This document shows, piece after piece, positions 60,655-64,000 of a stretch of DNA of 64,000 nucleotides; within the stretch, counting starts at the first letter, position 1, and each line of letters opens with the position of its first letter. Below the pieces are notes generated by a model, which saw only the letters and a list, made by a program, of their open reading frames with translations, ran no database searches and was not told the DNA's origin. The DNA lies in assembly GCA_017550655.1 (NCBI GenBank), contig JAFZOK010000023.1, positions 7,047 to 71,046 of the forward strand, given 5' to 3'. This DNA is from Bacteroidales bacterium (GTDB lineage: Bacteria > Bacteroidota > Bacteroidia > Bacteroidales > UBA932). Both the position numbers and the translations under genes were made by a program.

Positions 60655-61659
60655 ATGCTCTATATCTCAGATAAGTCCACAGACCCCTACTTCAACCTCG
60701 CGGAGGAGGAGTTCCTTCTAAAGGAAATGACGGAAGACATTTTCCGCCTTTGGAGAAACTCTCCTTCAATCATTGTGGGCAGATACCAGAACACCATCGC
60801 TGAGATAGATTCAGACTATACAAAAGAGCATAGCATTCCGGTGGTCAGGCGCCTTAGCGGAGGAGGTGCAGTATTCCACGATTTGGGCAACCTCAACTTC
60901 ACCTTCATCCAGACCATCAGGCAATCCAAAGAGAAATCCGCCATTGATCCGGCGGAAATGTTCCAGAGGTTCACCTCCCCGATAATCCAGGCCCTAAGAA
61001 GCATTGGCGTTAATGCTGAACTCCAGGGCAGGAACGACCTTGCCATAGACGGGAAGAAATTCTCCGGCAACGCCATCTGCATCCACAAGAACCGCATACT
61101 TATGCACGGCACACTGATGTTCAAGGTAAGCAAGACAGACCTCTCCAAAGCCCTGAAACCCAGGCCTGAGAAATTCATAGGCAAAGCCGTGAAAAGCAAC
61201 GTAAAAAGAGTAACCAACATCAGCGACCACCTCAAGGACAAAGATGCCGATATCCTCTGGTTTACCGATTTCCTCGGCGATTATGTCTGCTCCCAAATTA
61301 AAGACATAACCCCTTACACCTTCACACCGGAACAGCTAAAAAGAATCAATTATCTCAAGGAAAACCGCTACAGCACAGACCAGTGGAATTTCGGCAAGTC
61401 TCCGCGATACAACTTCACCGCCACAAGGCGTTTCCCAAAGGGCATCGTTGAACTTTACCTTACCGCTGAAGGCGGCATAATCAAAGACCTGGACATAAGG
61501 GGAGACTATTTCTTCACCCGCCCTACCGAGGAATTCACAAGGAAACTCATCGGCACCCCTCATACCAGAGAGGACATAGAAAAGAAAATAGGCACCCAGA
61601 ATCTGGACGCCTATTTTGCGGGTATTTCTTCAGAAGATATCGTAAACCTGTTCTTCTGA
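60655..61659 (+). CDS. lplA: Lipoate-protein ligase A
   Basis: 334 aa with RRLSGGGAVFHDLGN and the lipoyl-AMP lysine context GKKFSGNA. Confidence 0.88.
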   Translation: MLYISDKSTDPYFNLAEEEFLLKEMTEDIFRLWRNSPSIIVGRYQNTIAEIDSDYTKEHSIPVVRRLSGGGAVFHDLGNLNFTFIQTIRQSKEKSAIDPAEMFQRFTSPIIQALRSIGVNAELQGRNDLAIDGKKFSGNAICIHKNRILMHGTLMFKVSKTDLSKALKPRPEKFIGKAVKSNVKRVTNISDHLKDKDADILWFTDFLGDYVCSQIKDITPYTFTPEQLKRINYLKENRYSTDQWNFGKSPRYNFTATRRFPKGIVELYLTAEGGIIKDLDIRGDYFFTRPTEEFTRKLIGTPHTREDIEKKIGTQNLDAYFAGISSEDIVNLFF

Positions 61660-61670
61660 CAGGTTTACTC

Positions 61671-61964
61671 TTATCTGCCGAACTTCTTTTCCTTTAGCTT
61701 AACCAGCTGTCCCTTAAGCACATCAACACAATCTACAACGGCATCCTCAAAGCTCTTGGCATTCCTGGTTACAATAATGTCGTCTGTAGGTACCTGAAGT
61801 TTGATTTTGCACTCCTTGTTCAGCTGGTCCGGAAGCAGGGAAAGCACAATATCTGCCTCCATAAACCCGTCGAAGAACTTCTCCAGTTTCTCAACTTTCT
61901 TCTCTACAAATGCAAGAAGTTTCTCATCTGCATCAAACTTAACTGATTGGATTCTTATTTCCAT
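61671..61964 (-). CDS. hpf: Ribosome hibernation promoting factor / ribosome-associated inhibitor (short S30AE family)
   Basis: 97 aa with the MEIRIQSVKFDADEKL... beta-alpha-beta-beta-beta-alpha pattern typical of YfiA/HPF. It is preceded by AAGGAGG. Confidence 0.88.
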   Translation of the reverse strand: MEIRIQSVKFDADEKLLAFVEKKVEKLEKFFDGFMEADIVLSLLPDQLNKECKIKLQVPTDDIIVTRNAKSFEDAVVDCVDVLKGQLVKLKEKKFGR

Positions 61965-62048
61965 AATAACCTCCTTGAATTAATTGGTTAAACTGTATTG
62001 TAAATATACAAAAAATGAACCGAAAAGCAAAACCTGGCACTATTTTTA

Positions 62049-62056
62049 TACATTTG
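62049..62056 (+). promoter_or_regulatory. Candidate -7 box (TACATTTG)
   Basis: TAnnTTTG match 24 nt upstream of ATG 62081. Confidence 0.4.
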
Positions 62057-62080
62057 TAAAAGGATCAAAAAAACACCGCA

Positions 62081-63049
62081 ATGAAACGTCTATTCATCTT
62101 CTCTATCCTGCTTCTTTTCTCGGCGATTTGCTATTCACAGAACACCGTACAGACACTCCCTGCCAAAGACGGCGGCAAATACGTGGGAGAAGTTTCAAAC
62201 AACCTGCCCAACGGCAATGGAATAATGTACTATGCCAACGGAAACAAGGAATATGAAGGCACTTTCAAAGACGGCCAGTTCCACGGCACCGGCACCTCCT
62301 ATTACGAAAACGGGAAGCTGGAATACACAGGCCAGTGGAAAGAGGGGTATATGGACGGCTACGGAGAAGCGTACTGGGATAATGGCTTCAAGTGCTATGA
62401 AGGCACTTTCAAGGATGGCTATTTTGAGGGAGTTGGAACCTCTTATCGCCTAGAAGACGGAACAAAATTATACTCCGGACAGTGGATAGAAGATAGCCCG
62501 GAAGGTCAAGGAACGTATTATTACCCAGACGGCAAAGTTGAATATACCGGACAGGTTAAGGACGACCAGCCAAATGGACCGGGAACTTCCTATTACAAGA
62601 GCGGAAGCATTGAATTTACCGGAACCTTCTCCAATGGCTACAAATTGGACGGCCACGGAACAGAGTATTTTGACGGCGGCGGCAAAATGTATGAAGGAGA
62701 TTTTGTAAAAGGCATTTGGGAAGGCCAGGGCACCTGGTATTACCAAAACGGAAATATCCGCACAAAAGGCAGCTTTTCTAAAGACCTTCCTTGCGGACAG
62801 GTAGTCAGATACTATGAAAACGGTGTCAAGAAATATGAAGGCAGCGTTGCGCTTTTCTCAAATGAAGAAGGCAAGACCGTAAGCTCTGCTCAAGGCTACG
62901 GAATATGGTATGACGAAAATGGCAAGATTATCTACAAAGGCAACTTCAAAGCAGGAAAGTTCGACGGCCAAGGCACCTCATACAAGGAAGACGGTGTAAC
63001 AATAGAGCATCAAGGACAGTGGAATAATGGTGATTTTATAGGAAACTAG
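62081..63049 (+). CDS. Secreted MORN-repeat protein (YwqK-like repeat family)
   Basis: 322 aa with a signal peptide (MKRLFIFSILLLFSAICYSQ), followed by about 12 tandem units of roughly 23 aa of the form Y.G....G..(H/E)G.G. Confidence 0.8.
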   Translation: MKRLFIFSILLLFSAICYSQNTVQTLPAKDGGKYVGEVSNNLPNGNGIMYYANGNKEYEGTFKDGQFHGTGTSYYENGKLEYTGQWKEGYMDGYGEAYWDNGFKCYEGTFKDGYFEGVGTSYRLEDGTKLYSGQWIEDSPEGQGTYYYPDGKVEYTGQVKDDQPNGPGTSYYKSGSIEFTGTFSNGYKLDGHGTEYFDGGGKMYEGDFVKGIWEGQGTWYYQNGNIRTKGSFSKDLPCGQVVRYYENGVKKYEGSVALFSNEEGKTVSSAQGYGIWYDENGKIIYKGNFKAGKFDGQGTSYKEDGVTIEHQGQWNNGDFIGN

Positions 63050-63110
63050 ACCTAAGCAAAAAGCAACATCAAAAAAGCGTAAGAGTAAAAACAAAAAACT
63101 GATAATTATT

Positions 63111-63539
63111 ATGAAAAGATTCTTGAGAACAACCGGAATGTGCCTTGCAGCAATATTGGGCGCCTTTGTGCTGCTAAGCATGGACAAAGTCTGCGAAAGG
63201 TGCAAGGGCACCGGAATGGACCGCAATGAATGCTACTCCTGCAAAGGGCTGGGCTACACGCAATGCCTTACCTGCAACGGCAACAAAATGATCAGATGCT
63301 CCTTCTGCGGAGGCGGCCGCACGATAGTTTGCCCGCACTGCCACGGCAGAAACCCTAACTGCATAAAGTGCGGCGGAAAGGGCTACTTTGACTGTGAAAG
63401 ATGCAGCGGAACAGGCCAGATCACCTGCACCGTATGCAACGGAGAAGGCCATAACCGCTGCATGACCTGCGACAAGAAAGGCTATATTGAATTCCGCTGC
63501 CCAGACTGCAACGGCACCGGAGAACTACCGGACGATTAA
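63111..63539 (+). CDS. Membrane-anchored protein composed of ten DnaJ-type CxxCxGxG zinc-finger units
   Basis: 142 aa with an N-terminal hydrophobic anchor (MCLAAILGAFVLLSM), followed by CERCKGTG, CYSCKGLG, CLTCNGNK, CSFCGGGR, CPHCHGRN, CIKCGGKG, CERCSGTG, CTVCNGEG, CMTCDKKG and CPDCNGTG. Confidence 0.7.
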   Translation: MKRFLRTTGMCLAAILGAFVLLSMDKVCERCKGTGMDRNECYSCKGLGYTQCLTCNGNKMIRCSFCGGGRTIVCPHCHGRNPNCIKCGGKGYFDCERCSGTGQITCTVCNGEGHNRCMTCDKKGYIEFRCPDCNGTGELPDD

Positions 63540-63584
63540 ACCGTCAGATTCCTCTCTTTAAACAGGCAGACAAATGACATTATT

Positions 63585-63611
63585 TTTGCACAAATATTAT
63601 CTTTGTGCAAA
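63585..63611 (+). promoter_or_regulatory. 10-7-10 inverted repeat (TTTGCACAAA-tattatc-TTTGTGCAAA) overlapping a -7 box (TATCTTTG, 63598-63605)
   Basis: Perfect 10-bp arms. The -7 match ends 22 nt before ATG 63628, giving an operator-over-promoter geometry. Confidence 0.4.
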
Positions 63612-63627
63612 TACAATTATTCTTACT

Positions 63628-64000
63628 ATGAAGCCTATTACCATTATAGCAACAATTATCGCGATAACCATAGCAATTCCTTCTTGCAAAAACAATAATA
63701 AAAGCGACAATCCGGCTCCTGCCGCAACAGACTAATCCAAAGTCTTAAGCCCTTCTGCAACCACAGGCAATGAGCTTGCTTCTCAGAACTCTGACACCGC
63801 TTATGCTATGGATGTTGAGAAAATATTCACTCTCATAAAGGAAGTTGCCAGCGACTGGAAAGACGAAGATGGCCTCAAAGGACAAAAAGCAGGGCTTTCC
63901 CTAATGAAGCAAACACGTGGAATAGACGGAGAAATAGAACTGATTGCTTTCTATTATGGCCACAATGTCCGTCTTGTAGCTGACACTCCAAACAAATTCA
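63628..64000 (+). pseudogene. Lipoprotein gene interrupted by an in-frame TAA (63733-63735); alternatively a 35-aa lipoprotein followed by a separate gene starting at ATG 63808. The 3' end lies outside the window.
   Basis: MKPITIIATIIAITIAIPSCKNNNKSDNPAPAATD-stop-SKVLSPSATTGNELASQNSDTAYAMDVEKIFTLIKEVASDWKDEDG... The same frame stays open for 88 codons after the stop, up to the window edge. This ORF is not in the ORF track because it has no stop within the window. Confidence 0.4.

Noticed and set aside
63733-63735. TAA reassignment or programmed read-through as an explanation for the in-frame stop.
   Set aside because: TAA, TAG and TGA all terminate well-supported genes at the expected positions throughout the window (for example rpoB TAA, rpoC TAA, racemase TGA, ompH TAG). 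A nonsense mutation, a sequencing error, or two separate genes are the simpler explanations.
1-64000. Scan for defence systems, toxin-antitoxin pairs, transposases, integrases, phage genes, CRISPR-Cas, secretion-system clusters and biosynthetic gene clusters.
   Set aside because: No ORF of 60 aa or longer shows nuclease, RT, helicase-methylase, transposase, integrase or capsid motifs beyond the housekeeping PriA and RecN. The MORN-repeat protein belongs to a family sometimes labelled YwqK antitoxin-like, but it has a signal peptide and no adjacent toxin candidate.

Overview
The window looks like a core chromosomal segment of a Bacteroidota (most likely Bacteroidales) genome. This is inferred from the SusC/SusD pair, BACON domains, the uppS-bamA-ompH-ompH and parA-parB-DUF5683-like-transglycosylase layouts, recurring TAnnTTTG -7 promoter boxes, and the near absence of Shine-Dalgarno sequences. 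Genes are tightly packed, about 50 CDS plus one tRNA-Phe, and are mostly housekeeping: rpoB (3' part), rpoC, manA, hppA, murI, gdhA, korAB, bamA, bamD, uppS, nadK, pdxJ, purC, purE, hpt, adk, obg, nagB, recN, trxB, rubrerythrin, priA, parAB, lplA and hpf. Accessory content is limited to one Sus-like locus (11393-19144) whose only enzyme candidate is a BACON-BACON-FN3-M64-like lipoprotein, a racemase-symporter-phosphatase-unknown gene string (41753-46226), and a MORN-repeat / ten-fold CxxC zinc-finger / interrupted-lipoprotein cluster at the right edge. I found no CRISPR array, transposase, integrase, prophage or recognisable defence system, and I cannot support a new multi-gene system from the sequence alone. 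The most unusual signals are mostly non-coding or motif-level. (1) Two copies of a GC-rich triple-hairpin element carry compensatory stem changes (23709-23764 and 46354-46418). (2) A tandem 37-nt hairpin repeat lies next to tRNA-Phe. (3) The M64-like protein has HEFGGH (HExxxH) where HExxH is expected. (4) A membrane-anchored protein consists of ten CxxCxGxG units. (5) A perfect Shine-Dalgarno sequence precedes hpf. (6) A 16-bp palindrome gives face-to-face -7 boxes between purE and hpt. (7) A lipoprotein gene is interrupted by an in-frame TAA. All functional calls rest on motif recognition in the supplied translations; no database search was run.
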